Shown here one piece after another: positions 10,421 through 19,990 of a DNA stretch of 64,000 nucleotides. How positions within the stretch are numbered: position 1 is the first letter of the stretch; each line of letters opens with the position of its first letter. Under the pieces are notes generated by a model. That model searched no databases. It saw nothing but the letters and a program-made list of their open reading frames with translations, and had not been told where the DNA came from. The stretch is from Candidatus Sericytochromatia bacterium (lineage in GTDB: Bacteria > Cyanobacteriota > Sericytochromatia > S15B-MN24 > JAQBPE01). The position numbers were made by a program, and so were the translations under genes. The stretch spans positions 70,341-134,340 of the forward strand of contig JAYKHR010000165.1 in assembly GCA_035285125.1 (NCBI GenBank), read 5' to 3'.

Positions 10421-11416
10421 GTGACCCGCCAACACCCCGCCGGCCTGGCGGGGTTTTTTGGTCATCCCCACGTGGCCCGACGGCTCCAGGCAGCCCTGGA
10501 GCGCCCGTCTCACGCTTACATGTTCACGGGCCCGGAGGGCGTGGGCAAGGGGAAAGCGGCCCGGGCCTTTGCGCAGGGCCTGCTGTGCGCCTCGCGTCAG
10601 CCGGGTGCGGACGCTTGCGGCGCCTGCTCCCCGTGTCGAGGCATTGCCGGCGAGGGGCACCCGGACGCCCGCATCTGGGACCTGCCCGAGGGCGAGAAGA
10701 CCTTCAAGGTCGAGCGGGTGCGCGAGCTCATCACGGCCGTGGGCCGCAAGCCGTTCTCCGCCCCGCGCCAGGTGCACATCCTCGCGGCCTTCGATGCCGT
10801 CCAGCTGGTGGGCGCCAACGCCCTGCTCAAGACCCTGGAGGAGCCCCCCCCGACCAGCACGCTCATACTGCTGGCGCGAGACCTCGACGCCGTGTTGCCG
10901 ACCCTGGTCTCGCGCTGCCAGGTCATCCGGTTCGGGCTGACGCCGCCGCCGGCGATCGCCGAGGTGCTCACGACCCGCCTGGGGCAGCCCCCCGAACGAG
11001 CCCTGGCCATCGCCCGCAGCGCCGAAGGGCGACTGGGCCGGGCCATCACGCGAGCCGAGGCCGGCATCGTCCCCGAGCTGCCCAGCGCCGCCTGGCCGAA
11101 CCCTGGCGCCATCCACGCCTTCACCGACGGCCTGGCGGGCAAACCGACCGACACCCAGGCCGCGGCGCTAGACGCCCTGCTGCTCTGGACCGCTGACCTG
11201 GCGCGGCTCGCGGCGGACCCCACGGCGCCCGGGGAGGCCCTGCACCACCCCGAGCAGCGCGAGGCCCTGTGGCGGCAGGCCTGCCAGGCCCCCGTGGCGA
11301 CATGGCTCGGGCTGGCCGAGCGCATCGAGGCTGCGCGCGACGCCCTCGCCCGCAGCGCCAACGCCCGGCTCGTGCTGGATCAGCTCGCGCGCGCGCTGGC
11401 GCCCCTCGGGGCGTGA
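10421..11416 (+). CDS. holB: DNA polymerase III subunit delta'
   Basis: HAYMFTGPEGVGK, C..ACGACSPC zinc module, HPD, ANALLKTLEEPP, LPTLVSRCQ. Confidence 0.92.
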   Translation: MTRQHPAGLAGFFGHPHVARRLQAALERPSHAYMFTGPEGVGKGKAARAFAQGLLCASRQPGADACGACSPCRGIAGEGHPDARIWDLPEGEKTFKVERVRELITAVGRKPFSAPRQVHILAAFDAVQLVGANALLKTLEEPPPTSTLILLARDLDAVLPTLVSRCQVIRFGLTPPPAIAEVLTTRLGQPPERALAIARSAEGRLGRAITRAEAGIVPELPSAAWPNPGAIHAFTDGLAGKPTDTQAAALDALLLWTADLARLAADPTAPGEALHHPEQREALWRQACQAPVATWLGLAERIEAARDALARSANARLVLDQLARALAPLGA

Positions 11417-11537
11417 GGCGTCGAACGCGTGTAGCCCTCCCCTCGTTCGGGAATGTTGCTACGGGCGGCGCAGCCGCCCCAAGACCGTGTGTGCTTGGCG
11501 CCGTGCGCCACTCTACCCCCTAGATACGAGGCATCCC

Positions 11538-12377
11538 TTGGCCCGGCAGGCCATTCGTTACCGCCCAGGCGAGCTGCGGCTGCTCGACGACGCCCCTGAA
11601 GGGCTTTCCCCCCGCACCCCCGTGGTGTTCGAGGTTGATGGCGGGCTCGATTGCCGGCCTATCACCGTGATGGCCAATGCCGTGGTGGCGGCCTATGGCG
11701 ACCTGGGGTCGGCCCGCTTCGTGCGCCTGGCCACCGAGGCGGACCTCGCGCAGCTCGAGGCCAAGACGTCGGAGGAAACGCGGGCCCACGCGGTCTGCCT
11801 GGAGCGGATCGCGGGCCACGGGCTGCCGATGAAGCTGGTGGATGCCCTCTACACGTTGGACTATGGCCGGCTCACGTTCCTGTACACGGCCGAGGGCCGG
11901 GTGGACTTCCGGGACCTCCTGCGCGACCTGACGAACCAGTTCAAGCGCACCCGCATCCTCTTGCGCCAGATCGGCGTGCGCGACGAGGCCCGCCACCTCT
12001 CGGGCGTCGGCCCGTGCGGCAAGGAGCTCTGCTGCTCGACCTTCATCCGCGAGTTCATGCCGATCAACATCAAGCTCGCCAAGGACCAGGATCTGTCGCT
12101 GAACCCCGGCAAGCTGTCGGGGGCCTGTGGTCGCCTGAAGTGCTGCCTGAGCTATGAGGTGGAGGCCTACCGGGCCGCCAAGAAGGAGCTACACCGGCCC
12201 GGCACCAGGGTCTTCTGTGCCGGCGGCGAGGGGCGGGTGCTGGAGGTCCAGGCGGCGCACGAGCGGGCCCTGGTCGAGCTGGCCGACGGCACGGTGGTGG
12301 TGCTGCGCGCCGATGAAATGAACCCGCTGGCGCCGCACCGCCCTGACGCGCCGCCGGAGGCGCCAGCGCCCGCGTGA
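11538..12377 (+). CDS. ricT: PSP1 / RicT (YaaT) family protein
   Basis: RVDFRDLLRDL, RQIGVRDEA, GPCGKELCCS, KLSGACGRLKCCL; follows holB; TTG start chosen after GAGG. Confidence 0.88.
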   Translation: MARQAIRYRPGELRLLDDAPEGLSPRTPVVFEVDGGLDCRPITVMANAVVAAYGDLGSARFVRLATEADLAQLEAKTSEETRAHAVCLERIAGHGLPMKLVDALYTLDYGRLTFLYTAEGRVDFRDLLRDLTNQFKRTRILLRQIGVRDEARHLSGVGPCGKELCCSTFIREFMPINIKLAKDQDLSLNPGKLSGACGRLKCCLSYEVEAYRAAKKELHRPGTRVFCAGGEGRVLEVQAAHERALVELADGTVVVLRADEMNPLAPHRPDAPPEAPAPA

Positions 12378-12408
12378 TATACTGGCGGCGTCGCCAACCT
12401 GCCACCCG

Positions 12409-13674
12409 ATGCCACGCCACCTGCTGCTTTCCTTGATCACCGCCCTGGCCTGCGCCACCACTGGTTGCAGCCAGGCAGGCGCGCGGGAAGGCAAGACCGA
12501 GCTGCGGTTCTGGACGATGCAGCTGCGCCCCACCTTCGACGACTACGTCGGCGGGCTGATTGCCTCGTGGGAGCGGCGCCACCCCGAGGTGAAGGTCAAG
12601 TGGGTGGACCTGCCCGCCAACGAGATCGAGAACAAGACGCTCACGGCGGCGGCCAGTGGTCGCGTGCCGGACCTCGTCAACCTGAACCCGATGTTCTCCA
12701 ACAAGCTCGCAACGGCCCGGGCGCTCGTCCCGCTGAAGCTCCCCACCGAGGTGCGGGCGCGCTACTTCCCGGCGGCCTTCGAGGCAAACACCGTGCGGGA
12801 CGCCACCATCGGCGTGCCGTGGTACCTGTCCACCTCGATCACGCTCTATAACCGGGACCTCTGGCGTCAGGCCGGGCTGGCTGCCGGGAGCTGGCCGACG
12901 GACTACAGGGCCCTGGCCGAGGCCGCTCGCGTCATCCGGGATCGCACCGGCCAGCACGGGTTCCTGCCGGCCTTCGGCGATCGCGGCAAGTTCCTGGAGC
13001 TGCTCTCGCTGGAAGGCGTGCCGCTGCTCGCGGCCGACCGCCGGCACGCGGGCTTCAACGGCCCCGAGGGCCTGGCTGCGATGCGGTTCTGGGTGGGACT
13101 CTTCCACGACGGCACGCTGCCCCAAGAGGCCCTGACGCAGAACCACCGGGAGGGCATCGATCGCTTCCAGGCCGGACAGGTCGCGGCGTTGCCCGCAGGC
13201 CCCCAGTTCCTCAAGCTGCTGCGCCAGAACGCCCCGCAGCTTTACGACAAGCTCGGGCTCGGGCCGCAGGTCGGCGGGGCGTCCGGGGCCGTGGGCATGC
13301 AGGTGATGAACCTCGTGATCCCCGTGGCGAGCGTCCACCAGGACCTCGCGCTGGACCTCGCGCTGCACGTGACCTCCGGCGAGAGCCAGCTGGCCTTCTG
13401 TCGCATCGTGCCGATCCTGCCATCGGTGCAGGCCACGGTGGAGGATCCATACTTCACCGCCCGCGCCGAGGCCCCCCTGGAGGAGCGCGCCCGGGCCCTC
13501 GCAGCGGCCCAACTCCGCCGCGCCACGCTGCTGGTGCCGCCGCTCTACCGGCAGGCCGAGCTGGCCAAGGCCCTCGACACCGCGCTGCAACGGGCGGTGC
13601 TCAAGCAACAGACGCCCGAAGAGTCACTACGACAGGCGGCGGACGAATGGGAACAGATCCTGGCATCCTCCTGA
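12409..13674 (+). CDS. Carbohydrate ABC transporter substrate-binding lipoprotein
   Basis: Signal ending TGC; LRFWTMQL, PDLVNLNP, GVPWYLST, YNRDL. Confidence 0.88.
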   Translation: MPRHLLLSLITALACATTGCSQAGAREGKTELRFWTMQLRPTFDDYVGGLIASWERRHPEVKVKWVDLPANEIENKTLTAAASGRVPDLVNLNPMFSNKLATARALVPLKLPTEVRARYFPAAFEANTVRDATIGVPWYLSTSITLYNRDLWRQAGLAAGSWPTDYRALAEAARVIRDRTGQHGFLPAFGDRGKFLELLSLEGVPLLAADRRHAGFNGPEGLAAMRFWVGLFHDGTLPQEALTQNHREGIDRFQAGQVAALPAGPQFLKLLRQNAPQLYDKLGLGPQVGGASGAVGMQVMNLVIPVASVHQDLALDLALHVTSGESQLAFCRIVPILPSVQATVEDPYFTARAEAPLEERARALAAAQLRRATLLVPPLYRQAELAKALDTALQRAVLKQQTPEESLRQAADEWEQILASS

Positions 13675-14594
13675 ACGAGCGGGGCCCCGCCCCGGCCCCC
13701 CAGGCTGCGGCCCGGGAGGCCCTGCTGCGCGTGGCTGCCCCCTACTTGTTCCTGCTGCCGGCAGGCCTGGTGCTCGGCGTCTTCATGTTCGCGCCGCTGG
13801 CCTATGCCTTCGCCCTGAGCTTCACGGACTTCAACGCCCTGGTGCCGCCGTCCTGGGTGGGCCTGGCGAACTACGAGCGCCTCGTGCACGACCCCGTGTT
13901 CTGGAAGACGCTGCGCAACACGGTGGTCTACCTGCTGGGTGTCGTGCCGGCACTGGTGGTGCTGCCGCTGTTCCTCGCCGTGCTCGTGAATCGCTCCCTG
14001 CCGGGGGTGGCAGCCTTTCGGGCGGCCTACTACCTGCCGGTCGTCATCTCGATGGTGGTGGCTGGCCTCATGTGGAAATGGCTGTTCGCCGAGAACGGGC
14101 TGCTCAACTATGGGTTGGGCCTCGTGGTGCCGTGGATTGCCGCGCATCCCGTCGCCTGGCTCGCGCGGCCGGAGACGGCGCTGGCGGCCGTCATGGTGGT
14201 GACGGTCTGGAAGGGCCTGGGCTACTACATGGTCATTTACCTGGCCGGGCTGCAGACCATCCCGCAGGACATCTACGAGTCTGCGGAGATGGACGGGGCC
14301 ACGCGCTGGCAGGCCACCATCCGCCTGACGGTGCCGCTGCTGTGGCCGTCGATCGCCTTCGTCGCGATCGTCTCCAGCATCGCAGCCCTGAAGACCTTCA
14401 CTGAAATCTACGTCATGACCGACGGCGGCCCGCTCAACAGCAGCACGACGGTGGTGTACTACCTCTACCAGCAAGCCTTCCAGAACCTCAACATGGGCTA
14501 CGCGAACGCCATCGGGATGGTGCTGTTCGTGCTCATCCTCGGCCTGTCCCTGCTGAACCTACGCGCCTTCGAGCAAGGCCAAACCCCCTCCTGA
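13647..14594 (+). CDS. Carbohydrate ABC transporter permease
   Basis: WVGLANY, WKGLGYYMVIYLAGLQTIP, YESAEMDGA (EAA loop), GGP; start uncertain. Confidence 0.93.
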   Translation: MGTDPGILLNERGPAPAPQAAAREALLRVAAPYLFLLPAGLVLGVFMFAPLAYAFALSFTDFNALVPPSWVGLANYERLVHDPVFWKTLRNTVVYLLGVVPALVVLPLFLAVLVNRSLPGVAAFRAAYYLPVVISMVVAGLMWKWLFAENGLLNYGLGLVVPWIAAHPVAWLARPETALAAVMVVTVWKGLGYYMVIYLAGLQTIPQDIYESAEMDGATRWQATIRLTVPLLWPSIAFVAIVSSIAALKTFTEIYVMTDGGPLNSSTTVVYYLYQQAFQNLNMGYANAIGMVLFVLILGLSLLNLRAFEQGQTPS

Positions 14595-14612
14595 GGCTCC
14601 TGGGAGGCCACC

Positions 14613-15038
14613 ATGTCGCTCCGCCCTGCCGCCCTCGCCGCGTTCGGCCTGGCCCTGTTCGGGGCCTCGGTCTATGGCCTGACCCTGGCCCTGCGTCCCC
14701 CGGCCACGGCCGGCCACGCGGCGACATCACCCCCGCCCGGGGCCGCCTCTGCGGGGCCCGCTTCGGTGTCTCCAGCCTCCACGGCAGGGCCCGAGGCGAG
14801 AACCTCACCCGCACCCCTCGCCGTGCTCGGCGAGGCGCTTTACAGGCGGGAGTGCCAGGCGTGTCACGGCCTCGGCGGAGAGGGCGGAATGGGGCCTGCG
14901 TTGAGAGGCCGGCGTGATGCCGGGGTCATCCGGCGCGCCATCACGCTCGGGCGTCCGGCGAACGGGATGCCCGCTCTCGGCAACCGCCTGACCTCGGGCG
15001 AGGTGGAGGCCGTGACGGCCTACGTCCGAACGCTCTGA
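14613..15038 (+). CDS. Membrane-anchored monoheme c-type cytochrome
   Basis: N-terminal hydrophobic anchor, Pro/Ala linker, CQACH heme motif, GPAL, GMPA axial Met. Confidence 0.85.
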   Translation: MSLRPAALAAFGLALFGASVYGLTLALRPPATAGHAATSPPPGAASAGPASVSPASTAGPEARTSPAPLAVLGEALYRRECQACHGLGGEGGMGPALRGRRDAGVIRRAITLGRPANGMPALGNRLTSGEVEAVTAYVRTL

Positions 15039-15045
15039 GGGCAGC

Positions 15046-15804
15046 TCAGCCGACGGCCTCGAGGGTGTCGCCAGGGCGCAGGACGCCCCCGTCGTTGACC
15101 TCCGCAAGCCAGCCGGCCTCGCGGGCGTAGAGCACCTCCAGCCGGAGCGGCCCCGCTTCCAAGCAGGCCCCGGGCACGAGGGCCTCGAGGTCCAAGGTGT
15201 TGAGCCACGCCACGGGCTGATCAGGGTTCGGCTCGGCGCCCTCCGGCATCAGCTGCACCTGGGACTGGCCCTCCAGCACGAGCAGCCGCGTCGCCCCTTC
15301 CCTGCCAGAGAGGGCCGTCACCTGGGCCCGGAAGTGCCGAAACACCCCGCGCTTGCCCCCGGTCTTGGAGACGAGCCACGTCGGTCCGATCACCATCGTG
15401 GGGTCGGAGGCCTTGATCATGTCGTACAGCGTCAGCGCCGCGACGGTGGCCGCCGTCAGCGCCTCCATCTCGACGCCCGTCGGGGCGAAGGCCTGCACGC
15501 GCGCCTCGATTTCAATCTGGGAGAGCGCCTCGTTGAGGCGGAAGTGAAGGTCGGCACCGGAGAGTGGCAGGGTGTGGCACATGGGGATCCACTCCCCCGT
15601 GCGCTTGGCGGCCAGGATGCCCGCCACCTGTGCCGGCCCGAACACGTCCCCCTTCGTCAGCGCGCCATCCCGCACGGCGGCCAGCGTCTCGGGCGTCATC
15701 CGCAGGGCGCTTCGGGCCACGGCCTGCCGGCTCGTGGCGGGCTTCCCCGCCACGTCGACCATGCGGGGGCGGCCCTCGGCGTTCAGGTGGGTGAAGGGGG
15801 TCAT
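15046..15804 (-). CDS. moaC: Cyclic pyranopterin monophosphate synthase MoaC with C-terminal extension
   Basis: FTHLN, MVDV, KGDV, IPMCH, TGVEMEALTA, YDMIKA, KTGGK; ~90 extra C-terminal residues; GGAGG RBS. Confidence 0.93.
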   Translation of the reverse strand: MTPFTHLNAEGRPRMVDVAGKPATSRQAVARSALRMTPETLAAVRDGALTKGDVFGPAQVAGILAAKRTGEWIPMCHTLPLSGADLHFRLNEALSQIEIEARVQAFAPTGVEMEALTAATVAALTLYDMIKASDPTMVIGPTWLVSKTGGKRGVFRHFRAQVTALSGREGATRLLVLEGQSQVQLMPEGAEPNPDQPVAWLNTLDLEALVPGACLEAGPLRLEVLYAREAGWLAEVNDGGVLRPGDTLEAVG

Positions 15805-15922
15805 GGCACCATCCTCCGGGCTTGGCCCCGGCCGAGGCCGCCCAGGCTCGTGCGACACGAGCGGGCTGCCGGCACCGAGGCACGGAACTTCGGCGGGACC
15901 CTCGCGGCTCCCCCCGGTCCTC

Positions 15923-16909
15923 CTACCCGCCGATCTGGGACATGCTCCGCAGGTGCAAGGCGATGCCCGCGGCCCCCTGGTGCCGCTCGCGCTTGCGCTG
16001 GAGGTCCGCCACCACCGAGGCACGGATCTCGGCCGCCGACACCCCACCACGCAGCAAGGCGCGGACGTCGAGTTCGTGGTCCGACAAGAGGCAATGGCGC
16101 AGCTTGCCGTCTGAGGTCAGGCGCACGCGGTTGCAGGCGTCGCAGAAGTCGTGGCTCATCTGGCTGATGACGCCGATCGTGCCTGTCGCCCCTGGCACCC
16201 GCCAGTACCGCGCGGGGCCATTGCCTGCCACCTCGGGCGCCGCCAGCGGGACGAGCTCGTGGTGTTCGCGAATGGTTGCCAGCACCTCGCTGGTGGGAAC
16301 ATAGCCCACCTGCTCGAACAGAGCATGGTCGCCGACAGGCATGAACTCGATGAACCGCACGTGCCAGGGGTGCGCCAAGGTCAGCGCAGCGAAGGCGGCC
16401 ACCTCGTCCTCGTTGAAGCCCCGCATGACGACGCAATTCAGCTTGAGCGGAGAAAATCCTGCCTGCTCCGCCGCTGCGATCCCGGCCCAGACCCGCGCGA
16501 GGTCGGCGCCGCGGGTGATGTGCCGGAACCTGTCCGGCCGCAGGGAGTCCAGCGAGACGTTCACCCTCGTAACACCTGCCGCCCGCAGGGCCTCGGCCTG
16601 GCCAGCGAGCAGCACGCCGTTGGTCGTGAGCGCGACGTCCGTGATGCCCGGCAGGGCCGCCAACTGCCCGGCCAGCTGGTGGAGGTCGCGGCGCACGAGC
16701 GGCTCGCCCCCCGTCAGCCGCAGGCGCGAGATGCCAAGCGGCACGGCCACGTGGCGAACGAACGCGATGATCTCCTCGTAGCTGAGCACGTCCTCGCGCT
16801 CGAAGTAATCGAGCCCCTCAGCCGGCATGCAGTAGTGGCACCGCATGTTGCAGCGGTCCGTGACGGAGATTCGAAGGTAGTCGACCCGGCGACCGAAGGC
16901 GTCCTGCAC
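15923..16909 (-). CDS. moaA: GTP 3',8-cyclase MoaA (radical SAM)
   Basis: YLRISVTDRCNMRCHYCMP, TGGEPL, RFIEFMP, FCDACNRVRLT..G.LRHCL, C-terminal MSQIGG; GTG start at 16909. Confidence 0.97.
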   Translation of the reverse strand: MQDAFGRRVDYLRISVTDRCNMRCHYCMPAEGLDYFEREDVLSYEEIIAFVRHVAVPLGISRLRLTGGEPLVRRDLHQLAGQLAALPGITDVALTTNGVLLAGQAEALRAAGVTRVNVSLDSLRPDRFRHITRGADLARVWAGIAAAEQAGFSPLKLNCVVMRGFNEDEVAAFAALTLAHPWHVRFIEFMPVGDHALFEQVGYVPTSEVLATIREHHELVPLAAPEVAGNGPARYWRVPGATGTIGVISQMSHDFCDACNRVRLTSDGKLRHCLLSDHELDVRALLRGGVSAAEIRASVVADLQRKRERHQGAAGIALHLRSMSQIGG

Positions 16910-17139
16910 GTGGGCATTGTACCAGGCGTCACCCGGTCCCGAGGACGCGTCGGCAGCGCGGACAAGCGCGGTTCCCAAATTCAACGTTTGCCCGTAAGAT
17001 ACCCGGATGCCTCAGGGACGCCGGAAGCGCCCTTTGGACTTGAAGCCCGCGCACTGGTGCGACCGTGGACCACACGTCGGGGTTGCCCCCAACCCTCAGC
17101 GCCCCGGGCCGTCGCCAACGTGAATCGAAGGGAAATCGG

Positions 17140-17790
17140 ATGAAAAAAGCACTGCTCCCCCTGGGCCTCCTCGCCGGCACGACGCTGGCTGGCTGCGCGT
17201 TGTGGGCCGGCACGACGCCTCAGCCCGGGGCGGACGTGCGGCTCAAGGTCAGCGTCGCACCCCTGCCTGCGGCCTACAGCTTGCAGCAACTCGCGGCCCC
17301 GTGCATCTCCGAGGCCCGCGGCGAGAACGGCGTGGCGACGGACATCGTCGATGTAGACACGGTGGCCTCGTTCACCAAGGCAGGCCTGGTTCGCGTGGAC
17401 TTCTACGCCAAGAAGACGGGCACCAACGACACGCCCGTGATGATCGTCAGCGTGCTCAACAACGGGGACCTCGACAGCCCCGTCGCGCTCCGCCTGACGC
17501 CGGAGACCAACTTCGACATCACGTGGCGCGCCTTCCACCCGAAGGACGCCAGCCCCTCGGCGCCGTCGGTGCTGGTCGAGGCACAGCATAACGGAGGCAC
17601 TGTCAACGGCCTTGCCGAGGCGTCCCGCACGCTGCAAGTCACGACCCCCGCCCGGGGCGGCACCCTGACGCAGAACGTCACGATCCACCTGGCCAACCGC
17701 TGCTTCAGCGGCAAGTTCGGCAACGGGGCGCTGACGGTCCAGACCAACGCGGCGGCGACGCCCACGGTCGAGCACCTGCCCGGCAACTGA
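17140..17790 (+). CDS. Uncharacterised lipoprotein (cluster gene 1)
   Basis: MKKALLPLGLLAGTTLAGC lipobox; beta-rich. Confidence 0.8.
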   Translation: MKKALLPLGLLAGTTLAGCALWAGTTPQPGADVRLKVSVAPLPAAYSLQQLAAPCISEARGENGVATDIVDVDTVASFTKAGLVRVDFYAKKTGTNDTPVMIVSVLNNGDLDSPVALRLTPETNFDITWRAFHPKDASPSAPSVLVEAQHNGGTVNGLAEASRTLQVTTPARGGTLTQNVTIHLANRCFSGKFGNGALTVQTNAAATPTVEHLPGN

Positions 17791-17844
17791 ACCGCAGCTT
17801 TCGACCCCGTCCCGCTGACGCGTAACGCCTGTGAGGGTTCTCCA

Positions 17845-19101
17845 TTGAACAAGCATCGTCACCTCTTCCTGACTTCCGCCATCGCCGCCGCGTGCGGCTT
17901 GCTCGGCTGCACGCCCTTCGCGGGCATCAATCCGACGGGCGTTTTGGCGCCGGCCGCTGCCCGCGGCTTCCGGCTCAAGGGCACGGTCTCTTTGAACGAC
18001 GCCCCGGTGCCCAACGCGCACATGCGCGCTTTTGACCTGGCCACGGGCAAGGAACTCGTGCTCGTGCCCTACACCGACGCCGGCCTGCCAAGGCCAGCCG
18101 CGCCCACCCGCACCATGGCGGACGGCAAGGGCTTCTTCGACTACGAGCTGCCCGTCATCAAGGCCGACCAGGTCATCAAGGTGGTGGCCGAGTGGGACGG
18201 CCGGGCCCTGGTCGGCCTGGTCGACGGCACGGGCCGCACGGTCGGTGGCGCCCCCGAAGCCTCGCCCTTCAGGCTGGCGCAGGCCTCGCCGGCGGCCACG
18301 GCCACGTTGCAACTCACGATCAACCTGCGGCTGACAGCCGCAACGACCTCAGCGGCGAAGTCCTTCGAGGGCGTGGTCAAGACGACTTTCCAGCTGCGGG
18401 GGCCCTCGGCGGGCACCTCGCTGGAGGCGGCCATGAAGGCGGCCGCCGCGGCCATTGCGGCTCTGGAGAAGTCCCTTGCCAAGCAGACCGACATCCAGGA
18501 CCGCATCGCCATCGCGCTCGACGACCGCGGCGAGTTCGATCCCACGGCCAGCTTCCAGACCGTGCTGAACGGCGTGGGGATGGTAGACCCCCTCCTCGAC
18601 GAGGTCGAGAAGCTGCTCGGCCAGTTCGCCGAGACGCAGAAGAAGGAAGCGCCGCCCAAGAACGAAGGCCTCGACGCCATCACGCAGGAGGACTTCCCCC
18701 TCGGCCGCATCAAGATCACGCTCGACGGCTCATTCGCGTTCACGGACGAGGACGGCAAGACGACGGCGGGAACCTTCGGCTCCGGCCAGTTCGTGCCGAA
18801 CGACGGCCCGTCTGCGGCCCCCAGCGAGGCCCCCTCGGCTGCGCCGTCAGCGGCGCCCACCGCAGCCCCGACGGCGGCACCTACGAGCGCCCCGTCCGCT
18901 TCTCCGACGACCTCGGGCGGCAGCGGCGGGTCTGGCGGTGGCAACCCCAACACCTCCCAGAACTTCAGCACCGTGACGGGCAGCATCACGATCAACAGCG
19001 GTGGCATTGCGGACCAGACTCCGGGGGCCACGTTGACCTGTGAGTACTACGACACCAACCCGGCGGCCACCCAGACCTGCACCGAGCGGCTGATTCCGTA
19101 A
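17845..19101 (+). CDS. Uncharacterised lipoprotein (cluster gene 2) with S/T-A-A-P linker
   Basis: TTG start, ...AACGLLGC lipobox; transthyretin-like start RLKGTVSL..PVPNAHMRAFDL; helical middle; low-complexity linker. Confidence 0.8.
   Translation: MNKHRHLFLTSAIAAACGLLGCTPFAGINPTGVLAPAAARGFRLKGTVSLNDAPVPNAHMRAFDLATGKELVLVPYTDAGLPRPAAPTRTMADGKGFFDYELPVIKADQVIKVVAEWDGRALVGLVDGTGRTVGGAPEASPFRLAQASPAATATLQLTINLRLTAATTSAAKSFEGVVKTTFQLRGPSAGTSLEAAMKAAAAAIAALEKSLAKQTDIQDRIAIALDDRGEFDPTASFQTVLNGVGMVDPLLDEVEKLLGQFAETQKKEAPPKNEGLDAITQEDFPLGRIKITLDGSFAFTDEDGKTTAGTFGSGQFVPNDGPSAAPSEAPSAAPSAAPTAAPTAAPTSAPSASPTTSGGSGGSGGGNPNTSQNFSTVTGSITINSGGIADQTPGATLTCEYYDTNPAATQTCTERLIP
18808..18910 (+). repeat. 12-nt coding repeats (SAAP/SEAP/TAAP)
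   Basis: PSAAPSEAPSAAPSAAPTAAPTAAPTSAPSASPT in translation. Confidence 0.75.
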
Positions 19102-19123
19102 CCCCCAGAGGAGACTGGCACGC

Positions 19124-19972
19124 ATGAACCCCACTCACTCCAAGGCCGCTCTGGCGGCACTCTCGGCGGCGCTCCTCGCGGGGTGCGCGGCGCCTGTCCT
19201 GATGGGCAAGGTCGGCACGCCGGCCCGGGCCGAAAAGGTCACGCTTCCCGTAGGCCTCGACGTCGTCGCCACGGGTTACCGGCGCCTGCTTGCCGCTGGC
19301 GACTGTGACATCCCCATCGCTGGGGGCTACGGCCTGGACGACATCTCCAGCCTCACGGTGCGCGTCGACTACGCCTCTGCGGCCCTGACGGACGACGCCC
19401 TGACGCTTGAGAACCTGGCTGGCACGCTAGACGCCTCCTCCACCCTCCGGCTCACGGACCTGGAGCCCAACGCCACGGCCACCGTCTGGATCGAGGGCTA
19501 CATGAACGGCACGCTCATCACGGCGGACACGCCGGCCACCAGCGTGCTGGACACGCGGTTCGGCACGCACGGTGGCGACCAGCTCCGCCCGCTGATGGTC
19601 GCACAGCGCCTGAAGGTGGCGTTCAAGGGGCGGCCGGTGGTCGGCAAGTGGGTCGTGAACGCCTACTCCACCGACCCGACGGCCTCGTCGATGCAGGTGA
19701 CGCTGGAGGATGTCTCCGACGTTGAGCTTGGGCTCGACGCGTCGTGCACCCAGGCGCAAGCCATCAGCGGCGTGCTGGATGGCACGGAGGGGGCCGCCGT
19801 CTTCGGCAACCTGATCGTCGGTCACGTCTACAAGGCGACGCTCGAGAGCCGGGATGCGGGTGGCACCCCGAACCCGGCCACGACGAACTCGGCCACCTTC
19901 ACCCTCGACCCCAACCTCTTCGACACGCTCAACGGCGAGGCCGGCCAGATCGACCTCGAGTCCACACCCTAG
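19124..19972 (+). CDS. Uncharacterised lipoprotein (cluster gene 3)
   Basis: MNPTHSKAALAALSAALLAGC lipobox; GAGGAG RBS; two beta-rich halves (LTDLEPNATATV / FGNLIVGHVYKATL). Confidence 0.82.
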   Translation: MNPTHSKAALAALSAALLAGCAAPVLMGKVGTPARAEKVTLPVGLDVVATGYRRLLAAGDCDIPIAGGYGLDDISSLTVRVDYASAALTDDALTLENLAGTLDASSTLRLTDLEPNATATVWIEGYMNGTLITADTPATSVLDTRFGTHGGDQLRPLMVAQRLKVAFKGRPVVGKWVVNAYSTDPTASSMQVTLEDVSDVELGLDASCTQAQAISGVLDGTEGAAVFGNLIVGHVYKATLESRDAGGTPNPATTNSATFTLDPNLFDTLNGEAGQIDLESTP

Positions 19973-19990
19973 TAAGGAGCCAGAACACCC

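Noticed and set aside
15805..15922. Moco riboswitch near moaA/moaC
   Set aside because: GC-rich stems are present but I could not find the conserved Moco motif elements; moaA appears leaderless.
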